Virus record (IMG/VR): IMGVR_UViG_2636415832_000004
Coordinates: 3,796 to 67,795 of that record
Strand: one strand, 5' to 3'
Origin: a virus
Taxonomy: Duplodnaviria > Caudoviricetes
DNA length: 64,000 bases
A model generated the notes under the pieces. That model was not told the origin of the DNA, did no database searches, and saw only the letters and a program-made list of their open reading frames with translations. Below are positions 50,303-60,999 of this stretch, piece after piece. The stretch's first letter is position 1, and every line of letters begins with the position of its first letter. The position numbers and the translations under genes are program-made.

Positions 50303-51363
50303 TCAGTATGGAATAATAAAACTAACCGAGTATTCACATATGATTTTTTTATCCTTTCTTATCAAAGAATTTTCCGAAACAATAAGTGATTTCTTTGCAT
50401 CTCTATATGTGTTGGGATATTTTTCTTTATTTACAGCGAGTATATATTCCCATAATTTATAATCTTCTGCTTCACTTTCAGGTTCACTATCACAGCCACT
50501 ATCACACCACTGTCGGTATATTTCCTCTTCTAATTCATCGCTTTCAGTAGTCACATAGTATTCTTCTGAATACTTGTTATAGGCAAAAAATATTTTGTCA
50601 TACCTAGTTATTTCAGAAGATAATCTTTTCACTTCTCTTAAAGCGTCAGTTGCACCATCAAACTTTTTCATAATGTCCTCCTTTCTGTGCTGCACACTTT
50701 GGTTCTTATGCTTAAAATAAACTAAGCTGCTCATATTTTTGTTGTTTGGCGGCCACGTTCACCTTGACCGCTTCTGGTACAGTTCTTGCCCCAACCTCAA
50801 ATGCAGTAGCTGTTCCTGATTCTTCAACCGATATAACACGCTCAAAACAATCCGCACGTTTATACGCCCCAATCGGCGCATCTGGACGGTGCTTGTAATA
50901 CACACTGTAATAACCGTTTGCTTTTGGCTCTGTAATGATGTACTCCTCACCAATCAGATAAAAATGTGAGGGTGGCTTAACTACTCGAGCTAGGTACCTG
51001 ATGGGTGCTTGTGTTGGTGCATCTACAGTTACTAGCTCAAAGCGACTCCTTTGGTAAACCCCGAAATGCGACTCCGCTCGAGGGAAACGACTAGCGTAGT
51101 ATGCTAGGACGCCATGCGGAAATAGGTAGTACACCTCGCCTTTTTTTAGATTAGTTGAAGGCCCTGGATCAACACATCTCCCTAGTAACATCTTCATCTC
51201 CTCCATTTATGGTATCCCGTAGTATGTCAAAGATAGTGAGCTGATTCTTTAAAAACTCCTGTTCAAGATCATCTAAATGTCGTTGCCAGCAAGTAGGTCC
51301 ATATTGCCGTATGATAGATTCGCCGCTTTTTAATGGTCTGTTGCATCGTTTACAATGACTCAT
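50303..51363 (-). CDS. Three hypothetical early proteins (50303-50671, 50712-51206, 51169-51363)
   Basis: ORF track; last has CKRCNRPL...YGPTC zinc motif. Confidence 0.55.
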
Positions 51364-52348
51364 GATTATTCCTCGGTTCTAACTCTTGGAGTAATAATTC
51401 ATCCAATGACTCTTGAATGAGTGTTGCAGTTAAATCTACCGACCTTAATATACTTTTTGTTTTAGCCTTATTTAAGATAATCTCAACGTCTGAGAACGTT
51501 CGGCCAATTAAGTGTGGTAGTATTTCACAGATAAGAAAATGATCGGCTAGATTTTTGCCCAAATAGAAAAACATTTCGTCCTCATTAGGCAGCTCGTAAT
51601 CCATACGATTATGAAAACGGCGCCACACAGCAGGATCTATATCACTATCAAGATTAGTAGCAGCCAGTAAAACTACCTCATCGCTTAGAGCATCTAAGTT
51701 TTGTAATAATGAGTTTACGACTCGTTTCATTTCATTTTCTGGACTGTCACCTTGTAGCCTTTTGCGGTTAGTAGCAATCGCATCAAATTCATCCAAAAAT
51801 AGTACGCAAGGTTGTTCATTGGCCAGATCAAAAATCTTCCTCAAATTGCCCGCTGTGCCTCCAAGGTGACTATCAATTAATGTATCTAATCGCACTAGCA
51901 TAAGTGGTAAATTTAATAGACTTGCCATATAGTGAGCACTAATTGTTTTGCCTGTACCTGGTGGACCAAATAAGAGTGTTTTGTTAGGAAGCGGGATTTC
52001 TGCTTCCCAAAAAACTTCTTTTTTTCTCATAACACTGATAAGTTCAGCGATAGTTGTTTTATTTTTGGACGTTGGTACAAAGTCCCTGGCTTTAACAGCC
52101 GCTTCACTTGGGTAAAAAAACTCACACCCAAGACGCTGCGCCTTTTCCCCCAAAGGGTTATTACTCCTCTTACCTCTTAATTTCTCTATTTGTACTCGTA
52201 TCTTATTTGCTCGCTCCTGCAACCCTTTTTTCTCATACTTTTCAGCAATTTTTTCAGCTTCGTAAGCTATGCTAATTTGGTCACCAGTATAAGCCGTTTT
52301 TAATATTCTTAGCAGTTCGTAAAAAAACTTCGGTTCTGTTGTAGCCAT
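51350..52348 (-). CDS. AAA+ ATPase
   Basis: GPPGTGKT, LFLDEFD, AATN, RRF. Confidence 0.88.
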   Translation of the reverse strand: MATTEPKFFYELLRILKTAYTGDQISIAYEAEKIAEKYEKKGLQERANKIRVQIEKLRGKRSNNPLGEKAQRLGCEFFYPSEAAVKARDFVPTSKNKTTIAELISVMRKKEVFWEAEIPLPNKTLLFGPPGTGKTISAHYMASLLNLPLMLVRLDTLIDSHLGGTAGNLRKIFDLANEQPCVLFLDEFDAIATNRKRLQGDSPENEMKRVVNSLLQNLDALSDEVVLLAATNLDSDIDPAVWRRFHNRMDYELPNEDEMFFYLGKNLADHFLICEILPHLIGRTFSDVEIILNKAKTKSILRSVDLTATLIQESLDELLLQELEPRNNHESL

Positions 52349-52375
52349 AGCCCTTTCCCCTTTCTAAAATGACGG

Positions 52376-52999
52376 TTATCTCTCGTTATTTTCATACTTG
52401 CTACAAGCTCGCCAATTCACTCGTTGATCTGTAGCTGCACCGTTTGTATTTTGTCGTAAACCACATTTGTAATAGGTTCTGGCATATTGCCTAGCGAATA
52501 GATGTTTACAATGCTTACAGCGCTTGTCTTCTGGACCATAACCGTATGTATTCACCATAGGGTTATGGTCTAGTTTGCTCTCATCAATCGGGATGCCTAA
52601 ATCTAACTCTATTTGATTCATAGATTCACCTTCTCTTTTTTTAGAACGGAAGATCCTCATCCATCACTTCTATTGGTGCTTTGCTATTTGCAAATGGGTC
52701 CTCATCCACTCGTGTATAGCTTGGCTGGTTCATAGGTTGTCTAAATACCGTAGCTGCTGCATGGCGTAGTGTGGACATTGGCTGTCGCTTAACCGCTTGT
52801 GGATGTCTTGTAAGACCGGAAGCGGGAACTGATACTCGCTAATCAGTTGATTGATATACTTGGCTACTTCCTCATGTGTCATGGATTGTGTCACTGCTCG
52901 TACCAGTGCTTGATCGGTACCGTTAGTAAAAGTTCCTTTAGCCTGCGCAACCTTTGCAAGATGGTTCCGCATGTTCATGTGCTCCTCATGTCTGCTCAT
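52376..52999 (-). CDS. Two hypothetical proteins (52376-52621, 52730-52999)
   Basis: ORF track. Confidence 0.55.
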
Positions 53000-53003
53000 C
53001 GCA

Positions 53004-54011
53004 CTACCCCTTCCCTAACATTTCCAAGATTTTCTGACGCTCTGCTTCAAAGTCCATGGTTGATGTTGATTCAGGTACATCAACTGGAATAGTGTCATTG
53101 CGGTTCTTAAACCACTCAGGTACAGGTGCTGTTTGCTGTTTTGGTGGATAATATCTTGGCGATTGATTACGTTGTTGTTTGGCTTGGATTTGTTGATTCT
53201 TCCAACGTAAATCCTCAGCTTCCACCGCTTCCAACGTTAAGAGTTTCTTGTTAAACCAATCTTTTAAGATGGTTTCCACATAACCCCAGTTTGTTTTTCC
53301 GTTCAGTACGGCTTTTTCCATCGCATGGATAACTAAAGGCTCTGACAGGTCATTTATCCATTGATCCATTTTGTAAATGATTAAAGAGCCCAGCGCCCCA
53401 AAATGATTTTGCTCGTAGAACGTAAATGCATTTTGTGCTGGAGGAGCGGTTTGCTTTTCTGCTGTTGCTGTGTTAGCAGGTGGCTCCTTATCATCATCAG
53501 TATTATTAATTAATCTTTCAGTACTTAGTAAATCAGTACTTGGTATATTAGTATTTAGTAGTCCTTGATTTTCCACGAATGGTTTTTCCACTCGTGGATT
53601 TTCCATGGATGGTTTTTCGGGGTATGGTTCTACCATAGGCTGATTTTCCATGGATGGTTTTTCAGGTAATGGCTGCTCTGGTTGTTGCTCCAATTCGCCA
53701 TCCCCTTCAACTTGGGGTACTTCATAGACCACTGTGATCCAATCGAATTTACCGTTTTTGCCACGGCGTCTTTCTTTTTTGACATAGCCATACTTTTTCA
53801 ATTCTGTGAGTGCTGTATTAAAAGATGTCTCACCATCCGTTGCCCATTGCATAATTTCGCTATTATGAAATGTCCAATCATCAGGTTTAGAGAGCATAAA
53901 TACATGGATGGCTATTGCTTTCCAACTCAGATTTTTATCATAAAGTGATGTATTATTTATGACTGTATAATCTTTATTTTTGACTACTCTTACGATGTTT
54001 TTATTCTCCAT
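53004..54011 (-). CDS. Replication initiator (HTH + DnaD domain) with internal iteron-like repeats
   Basis: N-terminal LSWKA, DnaD-like YVETILKDW; GAAAA(A)CCATCCATGGAAAATC repeats at ~53565-53665 mark the likely origin. Confidence 0.85.
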   Translation of the reverse strand: MENKNIVRVVKNKDYTVINNTSLYDKNLSWKAIAIHVFMLSKPDDWTFHNSEIMQWATDGETSFNTALTELKKYGYVKKERRRGKNGKFDWITVVYEVPQVEGDGELEQQPEQPLPEKPSMENQPMVEPYPEKPSMENPRVEKPFVENQGLLNTNIPSTDLLSTERLINNTDDDKEPPANTATAEKQTAPPAQNAFTFYEQNHFGALGSLIIYKMDQWINDLSEPLVIHAMEKAVLNGKTNWGYVETILKDWFNKKLLTLEAVEAEDLRWKNQQIQAKQQRNQSPRYYPPKQQTAPVPEWFKNRNDTIPVDVPESTSTMDFEAERQKILEMLGKG

Positions 54012-54023
54012 CCGCTGGTCCTC

Positions 54024-54203
54024 CTATAAAAATTTATCTAGCCTTTCACAAATGGCGAAGCTACCTTCGATTCTGATAATTTTGTAATGTGGGTAGCTTT
54101 GCCACATATAGCGGCGCACTAGGCGATATAGCTCGGTTTCATCGCCTGCTGCTTGGTCAAAAATCCACTGCGGCAACAATACTCGGTGTGGCACGTCATT
54201 CAT
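54024..54203 (-). CDS. Small hypothetical protein
   Basis: Read manually: MNDVPHRVLLPQWIF... Confidence 0.55.
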   Translation of the reverse strand: MNDVPHRVLLPQWIFDQAAGDETELYRLVRRYMWQSYPHYKIIRIEGSFAICERLDKFL

Positions 54204-54910
54204 TCGGTCACCTTAGTAGATAACAAATGATTGATTAACATATTTGCCTCTTTTGCTGTTAACGATTTGGAATGCTTGTCTGGAATCCAACAAGCTTGTA
54301 ATGCACCGTTGTAAACGGTTTGTACATCTGCCCCAAAAGCTTGTGCTACTTTTGCTAATGCTTTTTTCAGTTCTGTATACTGGGCACCTGACATTTTTTC
54401 TTTTTCTGCATCTATTGATTGTTGAGCAGACTCTTGCACTGGCGGTTGATTTTGCGGCGGTGGCTGCTGCTGATAAGCATAATCATTGCCACTCATGCCG
54501 TTCGCATCATCGTCTTTTTCAGTCGCCAGCCCTAACATGGCTGCCAAACTATACCGCTTCATATAAGTGATTTGCCCCCCGAAATCTTGCATGCTATTAG
54601 CTGCTGGGAATTTAAGTGGGAACGACTTAGCATACTCTCCTGATTCGTGCAAAATAATCGTTTCCACACAGGCAAAGATCGTATTCCCCTCCGCTTGCGT
54701 ATAGCTGTTCTGCATAATAGTTAATTTATTTGCAACAAATACAGGCTTTACTGCGTCCAAAATGCCGTTTAAATCGGTATACTCGAATGTGTAAGAGCGC
54801 CCAGTTTTCGTACGCACTTCTACCTTTGTATTGTGCTTAGGCGTTTGAATAACAGCCCATGATTTGGCTAACGCAGCCGCAATATTGGTATTACTCTCTG
54901 AAAAAATCAT
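54200..54910 (-). CDS. ERF-family single-strand annealing protein
   Basis: ET...HESGE, G..ITY.KRYSL.A.LG....DDDAN. Confidence 0.9.
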   Translation of the reverse strand: MIFSESNTNIAAALAKSWAVIQTPKHNTKVEVRTKTGRSYTFEYTDLNGILDAVKPVFVANKLTIMQNSYTQAEGNTIFACVETIILHESGEYAKSFPLKFPAANSMQDFGGQITYMKRYSLAAMLGLATEKDDDANGMSGNDYAYQQQPPPQNQPPVQESAQQSIDAEKEKMSGAQYTELKKALAKVAQAFGADVQTVYNGALQACWIPDKHSKSLTAKEANMLINHLLSTKVTE

Positions 54911-55014
54911 CGTATCCCTCCTAACCTATTGATTTCTTGAAGCCAATGGCGTACAATATTTGTAACTTATTTTTAAAATGGTATTTTTTAAACCACTGCT
55001 GGAACAGTGGTTTT

Positions 55015-56295
55015 TTAATTGTGATAGGAGTAAATTTCTACACCATCGATAAAAACAAAAGTTTTATTATTAAACATGTTCCCTTCATAACTAACTGTCT
55101 TCACACCTTCTAATTCCAAAAGTGTATTTTCGTTATTAATCAAAATTTCGACCTTATCTGTATGAGCGATCACGACATTCAATACATCCTTCTCAAGGTC
55201 ACATTTCTTAATAACATCTATTGCTAACTGTAATTTCTCGCAAATGGACATAATTTCACCTCATTTCTGACGGGCAATCCCATCAAGCAGCCTACAACCT
55301 TGGCAAACCGTCAAGGGGAGGAACGGAGTTGTAGACTGCTTGACGAGAGCGAGATCACACTCGCAAACGTCTAATTTTGTGATATAATTATTCATAACTA
55401 AACTTAGTTTCGCTGTTTAATCGGGCCAACGATTAAGCAGCTTTTTTTATTGCCAGCAAGCAATAATGATCGGGATACCAATGGCAATCATACATAGACC
55501 ACATTTAACACAAAACTCCTTATGTTTTTGATCGCGGTCATCATCTGACATATAAAAATAATTCACTAACCACTTCACCATCTGAACCACCAATTTCCAG
55601 TAGCTGCCAACCGTTGTTGTAACGATAACTTGTCCCATTTTTTACTTCTAAAGATTCTCGTTAGCAAGTTTCTTCACCACCGCCCTGGAGTAGCTCTAGT
55701 ACGTCTAAAATCGTACTCACACGTGCCTGCTGCAACGATACTTGGTGATTACAAAGTTCTAAGAAATCATCTTCGCCAGAAGCATTCTTAGCTTGGTGTA
55801 TCAAAATTTCTAACAATTCTTGTTCTTGCTTAAAACGTTGCTCGATTTTCGCTAACAACTTCTTATTTTCACGCTCAGCAGCTAACCATTTACGATGTAG
55901 GTCCACAAATTGCGCTCTAATGTCCATCACGCTCATGCCGTTATTGCCTGCTAACATTTCTTGTAGATGATCTATTTCCTTGAATGCATCCAACAATTCA
56001 TCCTTTAAAACTTTTAAAGCATCCACTTATTTCCCTCCTACCAGTACTTATTGCGATTTTTATAATAATCATATAAATTTCCTCTTTTTAAGCACTGCAC
56101 TTTAGTGTGAATCGCACGTTCCGTTTTACCGATTGCAAATGCTATCGTTCTTACGTGATCAATCTCATAAAACTTACAGATATATTCAAGTTCCCTTTCC
56201 GTAAAAGGTTTCCCATGTGAGAAATGAAATTTAGGATGATAATTCATTCGTCCTTGCTTGTCATACGTGATTTCAGCGCCTTTAACCTTCACCAC
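55015..56295 (-). CDS. Cluster of small early genes (55015-55251, 55447-55638, 55661-56026, 56038-56295)
   Basis: ORF track. Confidence 0.5.
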
Positions 56296-56556
56296 TGCTA
56301 CTCACCTGCCCTTCAATTGCCATTTAACTTCTTCAACACCCTCTTTTCACAAAAGAAATGTACATATATTAATCTTTACTTTAATGTCATATGTCGCCAC
56401 GCCCTAGGCTTGATCCGCAAGTTTCTTCACCACCTGTGCTTTTTTCCTTGCAAGTTTAACTCAGCCGCAATTGCCCCTTGCAAGCAAGCATCCTGATTTC
56501 TACTGTTAGATCTTCAATCCAAGCTAGTTCTCTATTAATCTGGTGATTCAGTTTTT

Positions 56557-56832
56557 CTAAAGCATCCAATTGAATAATCCTCCTATAAACATGGGTACTG
56601 TTTGTAAAAACTGTACTGCTGCATCTGCACTAAATAACGCTGCTATAACTGCATCCTGAGAATTTGTAATTGCTGCAGCTCGTGCTAGAAATTTAGCCTC
56701 GCAAGCGATGATATTTTGCTCAATACGGCTAATTGTTGACTGCGTAGTATGCATAAGCTCTGCAAATGCCTCCTGTGATAACTTTGCTCGTTTACGGCAT
56801 CTTTTGATGAGTGCTCCAATATCTACATGCAT
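56557..56832 (-). CDS. XRE HTH regulator
   Basis: LSQEAFAE...TQSTISRIE. Confidence 0.8.
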   Translation of the reverse strand: MHVDIGALIKRCRKRAKLSQEAFAELMHTTQSTISRIEQNIIACEAKFLARAAAITNSQDAVIAALFSADAAVQFLQTVPMFIGGLFNWML

Positions 56833-56988
56833 AATGACACCCCCTTCCATGCAGAAAGTGCATATTATGCTTACCACGCATGGTATCGTCAGTAAGTTAG
56901 CTTTATAGTTGAGATAATAAGAGGTTGTTTGCCCCAACTTCTTTGTAAGAATGGGTTGGAATTGTACATCTGCCCGATATATTTATTT

Positions 56989-57294
56989 TTAATCCCATTC
57001 ATTCAAGATTTCTCGGAGTGCTTCAAAGCTACCTTCGTACATCCAAATGCGTAAACCGTTACCGTTATTTCTACGTTCGAATTGTTTCATACGTGGGTCC
57101 TTTAAAACGTGCTTATCAAGGTACTCCTTTTTGATGCCTGTGGACAAAGACATTTGCTCAATCGTCCACGATATAAGGGCAGGCCTTGCATGATCCATAA
57201 GCATTTTGTCTAATACGGCTAATACTTTTTCGCGTGTAATACCAGATAATGCAAAGATACTTTGAATCACTTCGCTTTCTGATTGTGCTAACAT
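56989..57294 (-). CDS. Putative DNA-binding protein
   Basis: Similar to satellite 8789-9094. Confidence 0.6.
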   Translation of the reverse strand: MLAQSESEVIQSIFALSGITREKVLAVLDKMLMDHARPALISWTIEQMSLSTGIKKEYLDKHVLKDPRMKQFERRNNGNGLRIWMYEGSFEALREILNEWD

Positions 57295-57312
57295 CGAAAT
57301 CCTCCTTTAAAC

Positions 57313-58017
57313 TTATTTAACTAATTGAAGTTGTTGTTTGTTATAACTCTCAATTTCGATTTCAAGTGAGGTACTAGGTCGCCATTTGGAAATAAAGTAA
57401 ACTGCATCATCAAACTTTGTTTTAGGTAATTCACTGTAGCGCGGAAGTTGGAAGTGCCTTTTGAAATCACGCCATAATTCAGCAAATGCCTTGCGAGCAA
57501 CAGCGTTATATGCCGCTGAATCATAGCCTCCAAGCACTTCTAGCACTTTCGCTTTTCCTTGTGCATTAAGCGCAAATTCCTGCGCACCATCAATGCGCAT
57601 ATGATCTTTCAAATATTCCACATCGCCTTTTATCATCTTGATTTCCTGATAATTTTTAAGTGATGTTTGTAGTGCTAGTTCAACTGGATCACTTGGCAAT
57701 TGATGTTGGATATGTTGTTCCATTTCGTTAAAACGCTCGATGTATTGAACAGCGAATTGAGTACCCTTTTCACCAGTCATTCGAGTACTGTATAATTCAC
57801 AGCCTTTTTTAGTAAGTAGAACACACTCCCTAAATTCACCTTTTTTATCTTTGTAATCTGATTGAAGGAAGTATTTTTCAACCACCACACTTTTGTGGTC
57901 GTTCCCTTCTGTTAAGTGATTAACAATTGTACGAATATCACGCAATACTTGATCGTGTCTACGACCAACCATTTCTGCAACTTCTAAACTTGAGATATTT
58001 CTTGGTAATTGATTCAT
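57313..58017 (-). CDS. Rha-family regulator with ORF6C domain
   Basis: SSLEVAEMVG.RH..VLRDI, YIERFNEME. Confidence 0.88.
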   Translation of the reverse strand: MNQLPRNISSLEVAEMVGRRHDQVLRDIRTIVNHLTEGNDHKSVVVEKYFLQSDYKDKKGEFRECVLLTKKGCELYSTRMTGEKGTQFAVQYIERFNEMEQHIQHQLPSDPVELALQTSLKNYQEIKMIKGDVEYLKDHMRIDGAQEFALNAQGKAKVLEVLGGYDSAAYNAVARKAFAELWRDFKRHFQLPRYSELPKTKFDDAVYFISKWRPSTSLEIEIESYNKQQLQLVK

Positions 58018-58095
58018 GATAAAACCTCCCGATTTTTATTAAAGGCTTCCATCCTCTTTTGTCGAATATTGACAGATAGAAAGGAGTTGTTAATA

Positions 58096-58713
58096 ATGTC
58101 TTCAAAAAAAATATCTGTTGGACTTACTCAATTTACTGACTTTACTTTTAAAGGCGTTACTGGAAAAACCTCAATGGTTAGGCAAATAAAATATCAAGAT
58201 GAATACAATCCTGCTTTTGATTACTGGAAACCTTTACGAGATGGGATTCGAAAATTTCATGAGAACGAATATAGTAACGATTACTTGCTTTCTCTTGCTA
58301 AAAAGGTGACTCAAGCTAAACAAAAGAATTATCTTGAAGCAGTCAAAGCACATTTGAAATTTATTAAAAATAAAAAAATTGAATGGTTTGAACCCGGCAA
58401 ATCCAATTGGTATAGCGAATATATAACTGTCCGTTCATCACCAGAACTTGGATTAAAAATTGATGGTGTTTCATACTTAATCAAGTTGTATTTCAAAGGG
58501 AAGGACGAACGAATTGATAAAAATAAATGCCGCTCATCTTTGACACTATTAAATCAATCTGATTTCACCATTGAGCATGTTCCTGATGTAAAACCTGCAA
58601 TTTTAAACGTCCAAAAAGGTAAATTAATTTCAGATGAACCCTCCACTGAAGATCACCTAATTGCTCTTGAATCTGAAGCAGCACAATTTATGGTCATCTG
58701 GAATAAAATTTAA
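58096..58713 (+). CDS. Hypothetical moron, opposite strand to early operon
   Basis: AAAGGAG RBS before MSSKK. Confidence 0.7.
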   Translation: MSSKKISVGLTQFTDFTFKGVTGKTSMVRQIKYQDEYNPAFDYWKPLRDGIRKFHENEYSNDYLLSLAKKVTQAKQKNYLEAVKAHLKFIKNKKIEWFEPGKSNWYSEYITVRSSPELGLKIDGVSYLIKLYFKGKDERIDKNKCRSSLTLLNQSDFTIEHVPDVKPAILNVQKGKLISDEPSTEDHLIALESEAAQFMVIWNKI

Positions 58714-59057
58714 TCAAGTTCTAATTCAAACCCCTGTTCACTATTTATTTGTGCACATGTTTCACAAATCCAAAATTCTTCGTAACAATGAAGAACGCCA
58801 AATTTATGTGAACATTGGCTACACTTCCTATTTTTAAGAAAAGCATTAAGTAAAATGAGATAATGGCGCATATTACGAAACATGCTTAACCTCCTAATCT
58901 ATATTAATTAATACTCGTGCAGGACCAGTAAATTCATGTACACGCTGGTCTTGTACAATTTGAAATTTTTCGTAAGGTGGAATAATGATTTCTGTCACAC
59001 CTTCACGATTAGCTAGTTGTTCGTAAAGCTCTTTGGTAGATTGCTGTTCCATGCATC

Positions 59058-59300
59058 TCACTCCTTTCTTAGATCGTCTAAACTTACTTCCAAAGCATCA
59101 GCGATTTTACACATAACACGAAATGTTGGATTTGGATTTTCACTGTTTTCTATCATTTGGAGTGTAGATTCATTTACTCCTGATAGTTTGGCAAGTCGAT
59201 ACCTTGATAACTTGCGGTATTCTCTTAGTTCTTTCACACGAATTTTCAATATATAGGCTCCTTTCTTTTTGAACACCACAATATAATGTGTTATATTCAA
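59058..59300 (-). CDS. XRE HTH protein
   Basis: LSRYRLAKLSGV...NPTF. Confidence 0.75.
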   Translation of the reverse strand: MNITHYIVVFKKKGAYILKIRVKELREYRKLSRYRLAKLSGVNESTLQMIENSENPNPTFRVMCKIADALEVSLDDLRKE

Positions 59301-59342
59301 TTAGTAAGAACATTTATTCTATATTGAAATGAGGTAATACAT

Positions 59343-59876
59343 ATGAATATTGAGCAACTAAAAAAACTCGAAGACCTGAAACAAACCCAGACAACGATAT
59401 CAGAATTACTAACAAAAGCCGAGGAAGTGAAAGTTAATCGTTTAATTCAAGATTCTATTTCTGAGTTTTCATCATTTTTCGAAACAAAAGGATTTGAAGT
59501 TTCAAAGTCAGCTAATTTTACTAAAGCTGTGTACGGAACTTCGGAATTTATATTGCATCACGACATTTCTGACAAAAGATATTTCATCTTCCATTTTATT
59601 TTTGAGCTAGAATGCAAAACATTTGATTCCCAACAATATTCAATCGGAATTAATCCTAAACCATCGAATGATGGAAGTTATGCTCCTAGAACATCTGGCG
59701 ATTCACTACAATGGGAGATAGAAAAAATCGAGAGAAGTATCCACATTTTGAAACAAGAATTAGAAACTGTAGATACAAATCCATGGTGCTTTTCTATTAA
59801 AAATGATACCGAGAAGGAATATTCCAAGACTACATTCGATTCTATGGATGAATTACTTAATGAGCTATTCCAATAA
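59343..59876 (+). CDS. Hypothetical moron
   Basis: GAGGT RBS, 177 aa. Confidence 0.65.
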   Translation: MNIEQLKKLEDLKQTQTTISELLTKAEEVKVNRLIQDSISEFSSFFETKGFEVSKSANFTKAVYGTSEFILHHDISDKRYFIFHFIFELECKTFDSQQYSIGINPKPSNDGSYAPRTSGDSLQWEIEKIERSIHILKQELETVDTNPWCFSIKNDTEKEYSKTTFDSMDELLNELFQ

Positions 59877-60174
59877 TGATTTGTTTATGTCCTAATGCTG
59901 ATTCAATTTGCTTGATAGCATTTAATTCATCTTTTTCTTTTAATTGCTCTAATTGATACTGATAGTACGGATTTTCAAAGCAAATATTTGATAACTTGAC
60001 TCGCACATGTTTCTCTCTTAACTCATCAATAACTAAAGAGTTTTCATCATTACGGGAAGTTACTGTTGTAGCAGCCAACTTCCCTGCTGTTTCGCCTGCA
60101 TGAAAAGCAAGTTCTACTAAATGTTGTTCTAACATAGCTACTCGTTCTTCGAGTTTTTTCAATCGTTGTTCCAT
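59857..60174 (-). CDS. Hypothetical protein
   Basis: AAGGGGTG RBS. Confidence 0.55.
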   Translation of the reverse strand: MEQRLKKLEERVAMLEQHLVELAFHAGETAGKLAATTVTSRNDENSLVIDELREKHVRVKLSNICFENPYYQYQLEQLKEKDELNAIKQIESALGHKQIIIGIAH

Positions 60175-60230
60175 GTTCTCACCCCTTTCTCTTTAGTTGT
60201 TTGAGGAGATTGAATTGTTAGTAGGAAATT

Positions 60231-60476
60231 TTAAACAACACCTTTTTGTAAACCTTGTATAACAAAATCGTCAAAAAAAATATCTTTTGCATCCTTATTT
60301 AAAGCTTGAGCGATCAGTAATGCTAATTTAACACCAGGCTCTTGTCCATGAAGCTCAATATTAGTAATCGTTTGACGTGTTGTACCAGATCTACGAGCAA
60401 GTTCTGAAACTGACATTCCTGTTTGCATCCTAATATCCCTTAACTTGTTAACCAAGAATAACACCTCCTTGTGCAC
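60231..60476 (-). CDS. Cro-like regulator
   Basis: MSVSELARRSGTTRQTI; divergent from CI. Confidence 0.82.
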   Translation of the reverse strand: MHKEVLFLVNKLRDIRMQTGMSVSELARRSGTTRQTITNIELHGQEPGVKLALLIAQALNKDAKDIFFDDFVIQGLQKGVV

Positions 60477-60590
60477 TTAGTGTAATACAAGGTTTACCGA
60501 AATGTCAACAATGATTAACGTTTTTTTTAGTTAAATAAATACATAAATTATTTAAAGTATTGTAAAGTATGTATTACAGGTGGTGATTAC

Positions 60591-60986
60591 ATGAAAACTC
60601 TAGGTGAATTACTGAAAGAATTAAGAGGTAGTGAGTCTTTACGAGATGCCAGTAAACGTATCGGTATTAGTCATACATACTTAGACACTATCGAAAAAGG
60701 ATTTGATAAACGTTCAGGTAAACATGTTAACCCTACCCCTGAAACACTAAAACTTTTATCAAAAGCATACAAATATGACTATAAAGAGTTATTAATTAAA
60801 GCTGGCTACTTAGAATCAGACACCTCAGAAGAAACAAAATCTGAAAAAGACGAAGCGGAATTCCAAGCTTTCGCCAACAACCCCACCTTACAAAAATGGT
60901 ACAAAGAGTTGCCGAAGTCGAAGGAAGAGGATTTAGAAAAGCTGCGGAAGATGTGGGAAATTTTGAAGGATAATGGGGAATTGTAA
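60591..60986 (+). CDS. CI-like XRE repressor
   Basis: SLRDASKRIGISHTYL; TGTAATAC-type operator halves at ~60481 and ~60570. Confidence 0.88.
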   Translation: MKTLGELLKELRGSESLRDASKRIGISHTYLDTIEKGFDKRSGKHVNPTPETLKLLSKAYKYDYKELLIKAGYLESDTSEETKSEKDEAEFQAFANNPTLQKWYKELPKSKEEDLEKLRKMWEILKDNGEL

Positions 60987-60999
60987 TTTATCCAATTAC

